A stretch of DNA of 64,000 bases from Promethearchaeota archaeon (GTDB taxonomy: Archaea > Asgardarchaeota > Lokiarchaeia > Sigyniarchaeales > SOKP01): positions 32,001 to 96,000 of the forward strand of contig JAEOTR010000006.1 in assembly GCA_016839705.1 (NCBI GenBank), in the 5' to 3' direction. Shown here one piece after another: positions 50,336 through 61,585 of this stretch (positions within the stretch are counted from its first letter, which is position 1; the number at the start of each line of letters is the position of its first letter). Under the pieces are notes generated by a model. The model saw nothing but the letters and a program-made list of their open reading frames with translations. It was not told the DNA's origin and did not search any database. The position numbers were made by a program, and so were the translations under genes.

Positions 50336-53233
50336 ATGGTAGAAACAAGAGAAGATATCAATTTAAAATTATCGGGCATGACGTGCGCTAATTGTGCATT
50401 GAAAATTGAGAATAAATTAAATAGTCTCGAGGGTGTAAGAAGTGCTGTTGTCAATTTTGCAAATGAAGAAGCCACAGTTGAATATGATCCAAATACAACG
50501 AATTTCAAAACTTTTAAGGAAGCAGTTAAGGATCTTGGATATAAAGCATCACTCGCACGAATCGATTTAAAAGTGACTGATAAATTATCAGAGGATGATT
50601 TTAACAATCTTACTAAAAATGTCATAGAAATTGAAGGAATCCATGATGTTAGAGGAAATTTCAAAGCTTCCAAGTTATTTATAGAATTCAATGAATTAGC
50701 TCTAGATGAAGCTGGGGTATATACTAAGGTCAAGAAATTGGGCTATACCATTGAGAAATCCGCAGGATCAATGGATATAGAAATTGTGAAACATAAAAAA
50801 GAGATGAGATATCGGCTGCGTATCATGTTAATTTCCTTGGCATTTTCCCTAGTGATTACTCCTACAAGTTGGTTTGTTGTTGATTCATTTAATAGAAACG
50901 TAATTCTTTTCTTTTTTGCGTTAGCAAATTATGGGATTTCGGGTTCATTTTTCTTAATTGGAGCATATAAATCATTAAAGAATAAATCTACAAATATGGA
51001 TGTATTAGTTGCTTTAGGAACTACTACAGCGCTAATTTACTCTATATTAACGACATTCGTTATATCTGGTAAAACATTTTATGAAGCCATGAGCATGATA
51101 ATAACTTTCTTATTAATTGGGAAATATTTAGAGCACAAAACTAAAGGACAAGCTTCAGAAGCTATAAAAAAACTTATTGGTCTACAACCTAAAACAGCAA
51201 TGATTATAAAAGATGGAGAAGAAACAGAGATTCCCATTGAAGAGATTGAAGTTGGAGATGTTTTAGTAGTAAGACCTGGAGAGAAAATACCGGTTGATGG
51301 GAGAGTGGTTAAAGGAAAATCTAAAGTTGATGAATCAATGATTACAGGAGAGAGTAAATACGTTAAAAAAGAAATAGATAGTGAAGTAATTGGAGCTACT
51401 GTGAATCAAAACGGTTTAATTCATATTATAACTGAGAAAGTAGGAAAAGAAACTCTGTTATTTCAAATAATTGATTTTGTAAAACAAGCTCAAAGTCGGA
51501 AGGCAGCTAAACAGCAATTAGCTGATAAAATTAGTAATTATTTCGTTCCTACTGTAATTATAATCGCTATGAGTGCCTTTCTATTTTGGTATTTCATTGG
51601 AACTCAAATTTACCCTTCCCTACAAGTTACACAGCTAGAAACATCATTACAAGTATTCACATCAATCGTAGTTATTGCTTGTCCTTGTGCATTAGGATTA
51701 GCTATCCCAACAGCAGTTATGGTTGGTACAGGCAAAGGCGCTGAGAATGGCTTGTTAATTAAAGGTGGTGATTCATTAGAGGCGATCAATACCATTAATA
51801 CAATAGTGTTTGATAAGACAGGTACCTTAACAGTTGGTAAACCAAAAGTAACGATAATCTATACAGAAAAAGAACTAACGGGAAAGGGTTATGATGAGGA
51901 TGACCTATTATTCTATGCAGGTAGTGCGGAAATGGGTTCTGAACACCCCATTGGAAGGGCAATAATTGAAGAGGCAAACCAAAGAGCTCTAAATCTTGAA
52001 TTTCCAACGGAATTCGACGCTATTCCTGGAAAAGGTATCAAAACTACAATTAATCAAAAGATAGTTTTGATTGGAAACGAAAAATTAATCGATGATTATC
52101 AGGTCTCAAGTGAAGTTTATAAAACTAAATTTGAGGAATTTCAACAACAGGGAATAACGACAATCCTTATTAGTATTGATAACTCTGTTAGAGGAGTAAT
52201 TGGAATTTCCGATAAGATTAAAGATCAAGCACCCTATGCTTTAGAAAAACTGCGAGAAATGGGACTAGAGATTTATATGTTAACCGGGGACAATATGCAA
52301 ACTGCTTTGAGCATAGGAAGTCAATTAAAAATTGATGAGGAACATATATTTGCAGAAGTACTACCCAATGAAAAAGCACTCACCATCCAACAACTCCAAA
52401 ATTCTGGTGATGATATAATTGTTGGAATGGTCGGAGATGGCATAAACGATGCCCCAGCATTAGCTCAAGCAGATGTAGGGATTGCTATTGGCTCTGGGAC
52501 GGACGTGGCGATTGAAACTGCGGATATTGTGCTCATGAGAGGAGATTTAAGAAACGTTGTCTCAGCAATTAATCTATCTAAGAAAACGTATAAAAAAATG
52601 ATTACAAATCTATTCTGGGCATTTATTTATAACATCATTGGCATTCCTCTCGCAGCTGGAGTTTTATTTGCAGCAACAGGATTCTTCTTACCGCCATATC
52701 TAGCAGCAGTTTTTATGGCATCAAGTTCAGTTTCTGTAGTTACGAATGCTTTGTTTTTGAAGAGATATGAACCGAAAACACCTCAACAAATTGAAGAAGA
52801 AAAATTATTGATCTCTCAAGAGAAGGTAACAGACCCTGTATGCGGGATGGAGATTGACCCTAGACGTGCGATTGAATATGAATATAAAAATAAAATATAT
52901 CACTTCTGCAACCCAAATTGCGAAGCCCACTTTAAACGTGATCCTGAAAGATTTAAAAATTATGATTCGATGGATCCGAAATTAATGCAAATGAAAGAAT
53001 CTGATAAAAGTAAAGAAAAAGTAAGTATAGATGGTAATAATCAAGAAAAAGAGGAGGAAATAAAAATGGGACAATTAAAATGTTCTGAATGTGGAGCAAC
53101 TCAAGAACTTCCAATGCATTGTGGACAAGCTATGCACAAGGAAGGTGACCAGTTAGTATGTTGGATGGGTGCTAGCTGTGGAGCTCAAGATATTCCAGAA
53201 CATCATGGGAAAAAAATGCAAGTTATTGAATAA
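50336..53233 (+). CDS. copA: Cu(I)-translocating P1B ATPase with HMA, YHS/TRASH and extra C-terminal Cys/His domain
   Basis: [29 protein letters not shown]..., MASSS and DPVCGM. Confidence 0.95.
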   Translation: MVETREDINLKLSGMTCANCALKIENKLNSLEGVRSAVVNFANEEATVEYDPNTTNFKTFKEAVKDLGYKASLARIDLKVTDKLSEDDFNNLTKNVIEIEGIHDVRGNFKASKLFIEFNELALDEAGVYTKVKKLGYTIEKSAGSMDIEIVKHKKEMRYRLRIMLISLAFSLVITPTSWFVVDSFNRNVILFFFALANYGISGSFFLIGAYKSLKNKSTNMDVLVALGTTTALIYSILTTFVISGKTFYEAMSMIITFLLIGKYLEHKTKGQASEAIKKLIGLQPKTAMIIKDGEETEIPIEEIEVGDVLVVRPGEKIPVDGRVVKGKSKVDESMITGESKYVKKEIDSEVIGATVNQNGLIHIITEKVGKETLLFQIIDFVKQAQSRKAAKQQLADKISNYFVPTVIIIAMSAFLFWYFIGTQIYPSLQVTQLETSLQVFTSIVVIACPCALGLAIPTAVMVGTGKGAENGLLIKGGDSLEAINTINTIVFDKTGTLTVGKPKVTIIYTEKELTGKGYDEDDLLFYAGSAEMGSEHPIGRAIIEEANQRALNLEFPTEFDAIPGKGIKTTINQKIVLIGNEKLIDDYQVSSEVYKTKFEEFQQQGITTILISIDNSVRGVIGISDKIKDQAPYALEKLREMGLEIYMLTGDNMQTALSIGSQLKIDEEHIFAEVLPNEKALTIQQLQNSGDDIIVGMVGDGINDAPALAQADVGIAIGSGTDVAIETADIVLMRGDLRNVVSAINLSKKTYKKMITNLFWAFIYNIIGIPLAAGVLFAATGFFLPPYLAAVFMASSSVSVVTNALFLKRYEPKTPQQIEEEKLLISQEKVTDPVCGMEIDPRRAIEYEYKNKIYHFCNPNCEAHFKRDPERFKNYDSMDPKLMQMKESDKSKEKVSIDGNNQEKEEEIKMGQLKCSECGATQELPMHCGQAMHKEGDQLVCWMGASCGAQDIPEHHGKKMQVIE

Positions 53234-53251
53234 TGGAAAAGTGGTGTAAAA

Positions 53252-53437
53252 ATGGGAAAATTAAAACTAGTATGTTGTAAATGTGGTAATATTATGGAAA
53301 CGTTGCCACAAGGTGCCCAAGATATAATTATTGACGAAGAAACTGGAGAAGTTTTGTACTATAATGGACCAGAATACGGGTACTTAACTGCTGACTGCGT
53401 TTTATGTGAAAAATGTCAAAAAAAAAAGGTTAAATAA
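53252..53437 (+). CDS. Small Cys-rich (zinc-ribbon-like) metal-binding protein
   Basis: CCKCG...CVLCEKC; directly after copA. Confidence 0.7.
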   Translation: MGKLKLVCCKCGNIMETLPQGAQDIIIDEETGEVLYYNGPEYGYLTADCVLCEKCQKKKVK

Positions 53438-53537
53438 AGTTTTTTATGATCCCATTTTTATATTTCATAAAAATTAATCTTTAAAGCGTTTTTTCTTTCT
53501 TACACTTTAGGATTATGAAATAAGCCTTGGTGGCAAT

Positions 53538-54533
53538 ATGAAATATTACTCAAATATATTAAAATTAATTGGTAAAACACCATTAGTTCGAATTAACAAG
53601 AGCAATCCGAATCCAAATGTTTTAATGTTAGCCAAATTAGAAAAATATAATCCAGCGGGTTCAGTAAAAGATAGAATCGCTATTTCTATGATTGAAGAGG
53701 CTGAGAAAGAAGGTCTTTTAACTCGTGATAAAATAGTGATTGAACCAAGTAGTGGAAATACAGGTATTGGGTTGGCTCTTATTTGCGCGGTTAAAGGATA
53801 TCCTTTAGAAATTGTTATGCCCGAAACAATGTCAATAGAACGTCGTAAAATTATGACTACTTATGGGGCAAAAATCACATTAACTGATGGGAGTAAGGGA
53901 ATGAATGGTGCAGAAGATTTTGTGAAAGAAATTGTCGAAAAGAATCCAGATAAATACTTTTATCCTAACCAGTTTGCTAACCCAAACAATCCTTTAGCAC
54001 ATTATAGATATACCTCTGAAGAAATAATAGAGGATACTGATGGTGAAATAGATGTGTTTATCGGAGGTTTAGGCACATCGGGGACCCTAATGGGAGTTTC
54101 AAAACGCTTAAAAGAATACAATCCAAGAATTAGAATAATTGGTGTAGAACCTGAGCCTAAACAAGGAATTCAAGGATTAAAAAACTTAGAAACTTCATAT
54201 ATTCCACCAATATTTGATGAGACAAGATTGGATGAAAGAGTATATGTAACTTTAGAAGATGCTGAACATGCTTCGAGAATGCTTTGCTTACAAGAAGGAA
54301 TTTTCTCGGGGATAAGTTCGGGGGCAGCCATGCATGTTGCGATTGAGACTGTAAGAAAGATGAAATCTGGTACAATGGTTGTATTATTGCCGGATGGGGG
54401 TGAAAAATACATATCCCATGATATTTACCGTCCAGAGAAATGTTTAGAATGCACAAAAATCTGTAGAATTAAGACCTTATGGACAGATGAATATATTAAA
54501 TCAATTTCAGAATGGTGGGAACCACAAGAATAA
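53538..54533 (+). CDS. cysM: PLP-dependent cysteine synthase (CysM/CysK family)
   Basis: NPAGSVKDR, PSSGNTG, GTSGT and PDGGEKY; extra C-terminal CLECTKIC. Confidence 0.9.
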   Translation: MKYYSNILKLIGKTPLVRINKSNPNPNVLMLAKLEKYNPAGSVKDRIAISMIEEAEKEGLLTRDKIVIEPSSGNTGIGLALICAVKGYPLEIVMPETMSIERRKIMTTYGAKITLTDGSKGMNGAEDFVKEIVEKNPDKYFYPNQFANPNNPLAHYRYTSEEIIEDTDGEIDVFIGGLGTSGTLMGVSKRLKEYNPRIRIIGVEPEPKQGIQGLKNLETSYIPPIFDETRLDERVYVTLEDAEHASRMLCLQEGIFSGISSGAAMHVAIETVRKMKSGTMVVLLPDGGEKYISHDIYRPEKCLECTKICRIKTLWTDEYIKSISEWWEPQE

Positions 54534-54558
54534 ATCTTTTTTAAGAAACTTCTCCTTC

Positions 54559-57063
54559 TTAACCTTGTCTTCTTTCGTATTCACTTATTATGGCGTCAAC
54601 CTCTTTTAATATCTTACTTGTATCTGGAATCGAATTCAACTGTTCGGTGTAAAGTGGATAGAATTTGTGTAAAATAGTCAATAATTCTGTCCATGATTTC
54701 TGAGCATCTGTTTGTTGAGGAATCCCTTTTTTTAATTGGGACAAAACTCTCTTCTCCTTTTTAGTCTTTAAATTTCTCAAGAAGTTTTTAGCGACTAAAG
54801 CTCGAAATTTTGAATATTCATCAAACCTGAAATTCGCTAATGAATAATTCATATTATCATCAGAGTATGGCAAAAATTTGATTTTTTTATCCTCTGGCTC
54901 ATCAGGGTTATCTACTAAAGTTAATTCAATATCAACCTTACTGATCTGTTCTATCATGGGGTATAATTCCCCAGGATTAATTTTAGTTGCTGATTCAACC
55001 TCACTAGAAATTTCTGAGATAGGAATATAGAGTTCAGGGGTTTTCTCGGGATTTTCAATTCTATAAAGATATTCTTTTTTAAGAAGAGTAATTATTTGAT
55101 TTTCTAAACTTGTCGTGAGTTGCTCAGGAGTAAATAATATTGAGGAATCCTTTAATTTTTGATCATATAATTCTTTATCTCTTTGTTTTTTACTGTAGTC
55201 TGTTGTAAGCGAGGAGATAAAGCTATTTTCGGTCACGTCAGATTCCCCGCTCTTCAATAACCTGCTTGTTTTACTTTTTTTTTCTAGAGTCGTTTCAAAA
55301 AGTCTTTCGCTGAGGAATTTTCTGGCCTTTTGTTTCGCTACGCCTTTTTTCTCAAAGCGTTCAGTCACAGAAGTAAAATGAATCATCTTTATAAGATTTC
55401 CAAGATCTTGCTTTTCTTCCGTTATCAAAATATCCATATCTTTGCTTGCTAGTTCTTCGAGAAATTTATAGACATCTCCTTTTGATAGTCGAGTCGCTTT
55501 AATTAATTCTCTCTCAATTACTGCAAGTGGATATGCTTCTCCTCTTCTGATATATTCACTTCTGATAATTTTATAAATTCTCTCCAGACTTTTTTCTTCT
55601 TCGCTAACTGTTTCTTTTTGTAACCTCATAAACATGGAGGTTTCATGAGGTTTTAAATAGTAGATCAATATTGTACATCCTAAGAAAAATATCATGAGAA
55701 CCGAAATTATATATTTATCAGCCATCAAAAATTCACCTACATCAGTTATAATCTGATTCGGTATTTGACGTGCTAGAGAGAAACGTGTTAACGTTTGAGC
55801 TAATATACATGCCAAACAAAGCAATATTAATCCGTCTTGCTTAAAAATTAATATACGCCAACCTAATGTTTTTCCCGTTTTCCTCACAATTCGATATAAG
55901 AAATACATAGATATAACAAATTCAAGAATAAAGATATACGTGGCTGCTGAACCTGTTGCCCCTATTGTTGCTTTGAATGCAGTAACAGTTTCAGGCTGTA
56001 AGAGTAAATATATACTTATTTGCATAATCTGAAAGAAAAAGATAAATAATATAATTAGAGAAAAAGTAAAATTATCAAACGTGCCAGCTCTTCGTGTTTC
56101 AGCTCTCCTTCTAGTAGATACAAATTCAAAAATAATAAAGACAAGAGTCATAACTAAACTAAGATAAATCAGAGGCATAATCCTGCGCATTTCTGTATTG
56201 TATACAGCTACGGCGCTACTTGGATCGAATGCTGCAAAAAAATCTAATGAGAGAAACACCAAAAAACTTCTGTAAAATAATGAAATAATAACAAGCACAC
56301 CTAAAATGAAAAAGGGTATAATAATTGCTAAAAAATATCTTGGAATTGAATACTTTTTAATAAATCTAGCTTCTATTTTTGTTGAGAATTTTCGTGAATA
56401 AATGTAAAATCTACTACTTAATAGAACTAACCAAATCATTGATAGACTTAATAAATATGTCATAAAATTAAGATCTGTTGAAATATATAAAAATAGTAAA
56501 TATAATGCTGTAATTATACCACAATATAATATTAATTGTTTAATCGTAGTTTTTTTTTCAAAGATATAAATTCTTAATTTATCAATACTAAATAGAAAAG
56601 ATAATACCAGAAAAAAAGCTACAATCGTGTTAGAAAAAACAAAAGGATTTCCTAACATCAGTACACTAATCCAAGAACTTCCTGGAATATTAATTTCTAT
56701 GATTAACAGTAAAGAATATATAATAAATATTGCATATAATCCAAAAAATTTTCTTTTAAAAGAATATGATTTTGGTTCTTGACCTTTGATATAAACTTCT
56801 TGATGGGCTATCCTACTGGAATAAAAATCTGATAATTTGTTTTTTGTTTTAGAAGAGAATCTAGCTAATCTGTGCTGTTGTTTTGAAGTATAACCCTTAA
56901 CTTTTCGTTTTAATCCTATTTTACCGGGTTTTGACGTTTTTGGCAATTTTATTTTTGTAGATTTCTTCTTTTCTCCTTTAATTTCAGACTTATTTGCGGT
57001 ATCAGAATTATTTGAGTTTTTTGAAGAATTAGGTTGCTTGCCAGACATATATAAATAAAACAT
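54559..57063 (-). CDS. Large polytopic membrane protein with soluble C-terminal region
   Basis: About 11 TM helices followed by two repeated helical/wH-like units (P(L/I)xxI...AT(R/K)(L/I)xxG(D/E)xY). Confidence 0.75.
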   Translation of the reverse strand: MFYLYMSGKQPNSSKNSNNSDTANKSEIKGEKKKSTKIKLPKTSKPGKIGLKRKVKGYTSKQQHRLARFSSKTKNKLSDFYSSRIAHQEVYIKGQEPKSYSFKRKFFGLYAIFIIYSLLLIIEINIPGSSWISVLMLGNPFVFSNTIVAFFLVLSFLFSIDKLRIYIFEKKTTIKQLILYCGIITALYLLFLYISTDLNFMTYLLSLSMIWLVLLSSRFYIYSRKFSTKIEARFIKKYSIPRYFLAIIIPFFILGVLVIISLFYRSFLVFLSLDFFAAFDPSSAVAVYNTEMRRIMPLIYLSLVMTLVFIIFEFVSTRRRAETRRAGTFDNFTFSLIILFIFFFQIMQISIYLLLQPETVTAFKATIGATGSAATYIFILEFVISMYFLYRIVRKTGKTLGWRILIFKQDGLILLCLACILAQTLTRFSLARQIPNQIITDVGEFLMADKYIISVLMIFFLGCTILIYYLKPHETSMFMRLQKETVSEEEKSLERIYKIIRSEYIRRGEAYPLAVIERELIKATRLSKGDVYKFLEELASKDMDILITEEKQDLGNLIKMIHFTSVTERFEKKGVAKQKARKFLSERLFETTLEKKSKTSRLLKSGESDVTENSFISSLTTDYSKKQRDKELYDQKLKDSSILFTPEQLTTSLENQIITLLKKEYLYRIENPEKTPELYIPISEISSEVESATKINPGELYPMIEQISKVDIELTLVDNPDEPEDKKIKFLPYSDDNMNYSLANFRFDEYSKFRALVAKNFLRNLKTKKEKRVLSQLKKGIPQQTDAQKSWTELLTILHKFYPLYTEQLNSIPDTSKILKEVDAIISEYERRQG

Positions 57064-57225
57064 TTTTTTTTTAATATAAACCTAATTATAATATAAAAAT
57101 AGAACTCAAGAGTATTCAAATGATAAGAATATGAATATTTGTTCAATTGATAAATTTCATATGAAAGTTTTAAAAACACTCAAATATATCATATAATTAC
57201 AACAAATTCATTTTAATTTCTATAA

Positions 57226-57504
57226 ATGAAAACTTCTCAAGTAGATAATAAAGAGAATTTAATTGGTTTAGTTAAAAAAGCAATTGAATTACTCTGTGAA
57301 AAGAATATATCGCGTGTTGTAGTGTTGTCCTCTTATAAAATTAATTCAATTTTAAAAGAAAACTACGGTGTAGATATTAAAGTGGACCGAATCGGTCGTG
57401 TGCTCAGTCGAGTCGCAAAATTAAACCAACTTAAACGTCTAAGCACAAACATCCCTAAATATCGGCTTAATGTTTCAAAAGTTTCCAGCTTACAATTCTT
57501 TTAA
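57226..57504 (+). CDS. Small basic protein, possibly DNA-binding (winged-helix-like)
   Basis: 92-aa ORF containing RIGRVLSRVAKLNQLKR. Confidence 0.6.
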   Translation: MKTSQVDNKENLIGLVKKAIELLCEKNISRVVVLSSYKINSILKENYGVDIKVDRIGRVLSRVAKLNQLKRLSTNIPKYRLNVSKVSSLQFF

Positions 57505-57509
57505 AAAAA

Positions 57510-58871
57510 TTAGGTTAAATTCCGAAAATCAGTTATTATTTTTTGGAGTTTTTCAAGCAAGATTTTGATTTCTGAATATTTTTCTAGGGTTTGTTTTAGT
57601 TCTGAATCTATTTCTTCAGATTTTTCATGAATTTGTGTTTTAAAAGGAGTCATAACATTTTCTATGTGAACATCAATATTACGGGTTAGATTATTAACAT
57701 TATTGTCGGTCTCTGAGACTAATGAGTTTAATTCTATCGTGATTTCTGCAAGTCTAGAATTTAAATCTGAATTTTTATTTGATATATCCTGTAGTGTACT
57801 AATTTGTTCTTGTAAAGGATTTATGGAAGTTCTAATTTGTTCCAAAACTTTTTCTTTTAGCTCAATTATGAGATCATCTAACTTTTTAGCAATTTCATTT
57901 TTCATTTCTCGTTGTCCATCTACACGTTCATCAATATATTCAGTAATATGTTTTTTAAAAAGGCTTGAAATCTCAATGAATGTACTGTCGAAATAGTTTT
58001 GCACATTTTTTAGTCCATCTGAAACTGTATTCTTTAATTGATTCAATGATCTGCTAATAAATTCCAAACCTTTAAGAGTTCCTTGAGTCATATCACCCAC
58101 CCAAGTATTTAACTGAGATTTATATGCCCCACTGATTGATTCATTCAATTTTTCTATCCCATTATTAAAACCTTCAAAAACATAATTTACTTGTGAGGAA
58201 TAATCCTTAATGCTCTCTTCAACTAAATCTTCCGTCGGCATCGGTATTTCTTGTAATTCTTTTAAAGGTGTTTCCTTCAATTCCTTGATTATAACTGGAG
58301 ATAACCTTTGTGAGTCTTCTACAAATTTTTGTACCCATTTGAAAAAATTTAAATTTGCTGGGATATCGATATCATATGGAACTTCATTATAATCATTTGA
58401 TTTTTTATAATCTTTAAGAGTATAAATTTTAAATCCAAAATCTTTTTCTTTCCCCATGATTGTGTGATCAAATACAATTGCGAAGCCGTGAGGGTTTTTC
58501 TCTGTTTGGAAGAATTTATGGTTTTGAATTGTGATATCGGTAAAATCTAAACCCCAACCTGGCCGAGAAATATACCATCCTATAATTTTTAACCCCTTTT
58601 CTTGATATTGCATATTTAAATCTGCAAAAATTTCAATATCTTCTTTTGTGAATCCCGTAGATACCTGAATTCCATGTTGAAAAGGAATAACATTAGTTAA
58701 ATTAAATTCACCTGTATTTTCATCTTCCTTTCCAATACAAATCCCCATAACCTCAATACTTTCGTCTAAAGCCTCATTGCCAAATCTTAACACATGGGCA
58801 AACATCCGAATGAATGGGTTTGATTCGATTTTGATTTTTGACATTTTTACCTTATTCTCCTCCTTTTTCAA
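57510..58871 (-). CDS. MPN- (catalytically degenerate JAB) protein with long helical tail; start probably ATG 58844
   Basis: EVMG...GWYISRPGWGLDFTDIT lacks the HxH and D zinc ligands. Confidence 0.8.
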   Translation of the reverse strand: MKKEENKVKMSKIKIESNPFIRMFAHVLRFGNEALDESIEVMGICIGKEDENTGEFNLTNVIPFQHGIQVSTGFTKEDIEIFADLNMQYQEKGLKIIGWYISRPGWGLDFTDITIQNHKFFQTEKNPHGFAIVFDHTIMGKEKDFGFKIYTLKDYKKSNDYNEVPYDIDIPANLNFFKWVQKFVEDSQRLSPVIIKELKETPLKELQEIPMPTEDLVEESIKDYSSQVNYVFEGFNNGIEKLNESISGAYKSQLNTWVGDMTQGTLKGLEFISRSLNQLKNTVSDGLKNVQNYFDSTFIEISSLFKKHITEYIDERVDGQREMKNEIAKKLDDLIIELKEKVLEQIRTSINPLQEQISTLQDISNKNSDLNSRLAEITIELNSLVSETDNNVNNLTRNIDVHIENVMTPFKTQIHEKSEEIDSELKQTLEKYSEIKILLEKLQKIITDFRNLT

Positions 58872-60357
58872 GCTTTTCTATTTTTTTTAACAAAATCTTC
58901 TTCTCAGATCTAAGATCTCCTATAGTTTTTTGAAGTTCTTTATTCTCAGATTGGGTAGAATTTAATTTCTCTTTAATGGGAGTCTTTAAGCTTTCTAATA
59001 AAATTATTGCAGCTTTTAAGTTTGACACATAACCTTTTGTTTCTTTATTTAAATTATTAAGATTGCTTTTCATTCTATTAGTGGATTTAGAATAGTTTGT
59101 CATTACATCTTCCTGTGCTGTATTCAAATTTGTCTGGATGAATTTATCAAGTGATTTATGCTTTTCTGTTAAACCAATCAAAGCATCACGACCTTGTTCC
59201 AGAGTTTTTATATGATTTGTTAACTTTTGATTAAAATCTAATATTTTTGAGGACAGAGGATTAATGTTTTTGATTATTTGGTCAAATAATATCTGCCCTT
59301 TTTCTGTAAATAAAGTTGTTATTTGATCTTTGTACTCCTCAATTGATTTACTTACCAAATTTGTAATATTCTCTTTCTCCTTATCAAATTCTTCAAGTTT
59401 GTCAAATACATTGTCTTCAATTTTTCTTAAATCATTATTTAAATTGTAATTAAAAGATTGTTGTAAATTGATAACCTCATTACTTAATTTGTCTTTAAGT
59501 TCTTTTAAATCATATCGTAATTTGGAATTATTAACCTGAATCCTACTTATAGTATCTTGACCCCATGAATTCATAAAATAAATTAATGGCTTTATCGAAA
59601 GATCTAAGAAACTTTCCATCCCATTTTTCAATATAGAATAAATTTCATTAAAATTAATTTCTCGTAGTTTTACTGTTAGCTGATCTTCTTCAGGGATGAA
59701 AACATCGCTAAATAAATCTACCGTTTCATTTAATTCAAGAATTTGGGGTTCTCCTGTATGAATTTTGTTAATTAATTCCATGAGTTTTAGATAAAACTCA
59801 AGATTATCAGGGGGTTCAACAACAGCATTTACTTCATGATAATCTGATTTCAATGCTAATGTTGGATCGTCTAAATTTTTCTCATCTAACCTAAATACTC
59901 TAAATCCTAAATCTCCTGGTTTTTCTAAATATGTATGATCAAAGACTATACCTATACCACTTGGGCTTTTTTGCCAAAAAATCTGATTAAATTTATCAGT
60001 TTCGGAAAAAAATATTGAGAGCCCAGGGTGACTATGAAACCATCCTACAGAAAACCAACCAAGATGACCGTACTGCTCATAGATTTTTCCATCTAGCTCT
60101 GCAAATGCTCCTAATTGATCAGGTGTATATTTAACTTCTATTATCCCTCCATGAGAAACAGGCGCTACATCTTCCACAATCACATTTTTAATCTCACCTT
60201 CACCTTCCAGATGCCCAATAAGCGCCCCCATAACTTCACTTAGTTTTTTCTTTTCTTTTTCTAGAATTTTTGAGCCAAACCGTAATACATGAAGTAACAT
60301 CTTATAGTAAGCTAATGGTTTAATTGTTACTATACTATCATCATCCTTTTTCCCCAT
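58852..60357 (-). CDS. MPN+/JAMM metalloprotease with long helical/coiled-coil tail
   Basis: EVMG...GWFHSHPGLSIFFSETD intact JAMM motif. Confidence 0.88.
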   Translation of the reverse strand: MGKKDDDSIVTIKPLAYYKMLLHVLRFGSKILEKEKKKLSEVMGALIGHLEGEGEIKNVIVEDVAPVSHGGIIEVKYTPDQLGAFAELDGKIYEQYGHLGWFSVGWFHSHPGLSIFFSETDKFNQIFWQKSPSGIGIVFDHTYLEKPGDLGFRVFRLDEKNLDDPTLALKSDYHEVNAVVEPPDNLEFYLKLMELINKIHTGEPQILELNETVDLFSDVFIPEEDQLTVKLREINFNEIYSILKNGMESFLDLSIKPLIYFMNSWGQDTISRIQVNNSKLRYDLKELKDKLSNEVINLQQSFNYNLNNDLRKIEDNVFDKLEEFDKEKENITNLVSKSIEEYKDQITTLFTEKGQILFDQIIKNINPLSSKILDFNQKLTNHIKTLEQGRDALIGLTEKHKSLDKFIQTNLNTAQEDVMTNYSKSTNRMKSNLNNLNKETKGYVSNLKAAIILLESLKTPIKEKLNSTQSENKELQKTIGDLRSEKKILLKKIEKLEKGGE

Positions 60358-60737
60358 TTAACATTCACTTGTTTTTTCAAATTTATGATATATATATAGT
60401 TTGTATGGTTTTAAATATTTGAACAAAAAGTATTTAATTTAAAAACCCCATTTTCCAAATTTTCTTTTTTAACTTATAAAGAAAATATTATAGAGATTTA
60501 AGAACTCTTATTTTTTGGATTAAACACCCTAACTCTGCTCGAAGGTTGAGTAAGTCTTCCACAACATTGTTTCCTTTCCTTAATTTGACAATTTAACATT
60601 AAAGGAATCTTCAATATAAAATTAACTTGGATTTCTCGAATTTTAAAGATGCATTTCTAAATTGCACTGAGATGGGATCCTAAAAATAGCATTATGTAAA
60701 AAAACAGTTGATTAAAATAAAATCTCTAAAAAAATTA

Positions 60738-61397
60738 TTATTCATGAGGAAGTGGTTTCCCACAATATGGACAGAATTTCCAATTTAAATCTTTACCACA
60801 ATGTGGACAAAATGCTGACCCTATTGAATTTGGAGGCTCTTCTGCAGCAACACCTTCCTTTGGAATTGATGGTAATTGTCTGGTTGTCTTTAAGGGAGCA
60901 ATATTTGATGAAGGGGATTGGATTTCCTCCTTTCTGGCAGCTACTCTTTGTTTAAAAGCTTGTCTTCTCTCGTCTTCAAGATCTTGTTGATTTTTCACGT
61001 CATCACTTTTCACCCATCCTTGAACTTTGGGTCTTTTTAAAGCATCTTCAGATACTTTATCTAATTGTACATCCTTTATGTCCGAGATAGGAACCATAGC
61101 TTTTCTTTCTTCTTTCCTTTTAATTGCCTGTTTGACTAGGGCTTGGGTTGTCTTCATAACCTGATGTGGGTTGATATTTGGTATTGCTACAGTACGGAGA
61201 ACCCATCCAACGATTAAGTTTTGGTTTGGAAAGCCACCCTCAGTGTCTTCATCCTTATAAACATATGAATCAATTACATCTCTACCTTTCAGTAATCGTG
61301 AAGCCCACTTGTCATTAATCAGACCTAATTGGATCCTGTAGCTAGTACCAGGTACCCCAAGTTCTGATGTTAGAGGAATAAAGCCTTTTTCCGTCAA
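60738..61397 (-). CDS. Hypothetical protein with C-terminal double zinc ribbon
   Basis: FCPHCG...FCPYCG. Confidence 0.8.
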   Translation of the reverse strand: MTEKGFIPLTSELGVPGTSYRIQLGLINDKWASRLLKGRDVIDSYVYKDEDTEGGFPNQNLIVGWVLRTVAIPNINPHQVMKTTQALVKQAIKRKEERKAMVPISDIKDVQLDKVSEDALKRPKVQGWVKSDDVKNQQDLEDERRQAFKQRVAARKEEIQSPSSNIAPLKTTRQLPSIPKEGVAAEEPPNSIGSAFCPHCGKDLNWKFCPYCGKPLPHE

Positions 61398-61585
61398 AAT
61401 TCATCACTTTTTTGTTAACATAATTTAAACTTAGTAATATTAATATGGTAAATTTTGAATTTAAATTATTATTTATTTCAAAATAGATTTTTCTAAAAAA
61501 TCTATGAAAATGATGAATTCTAAAAAAAAAGACATAAATAGAAAAATTTGTATTAATTTGTAGAAAGCTATTTTAATATCAAAAA

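Noticed and set aside
60358-60737. 380-bp intergenic region as an ncRNA or small ORF
   Set aside because: Only short ORFs under 40 aa and no convincing structure; possibly decayed coding DNA
1639-60955. Many short antisense or overlapping ORFs in the track (e.g. 23470-24042, 27005-27367, 49482-49877, 50299-50733)
   Set aside because: They are shadow ORFs overlapping well-supported genes and have no motifs
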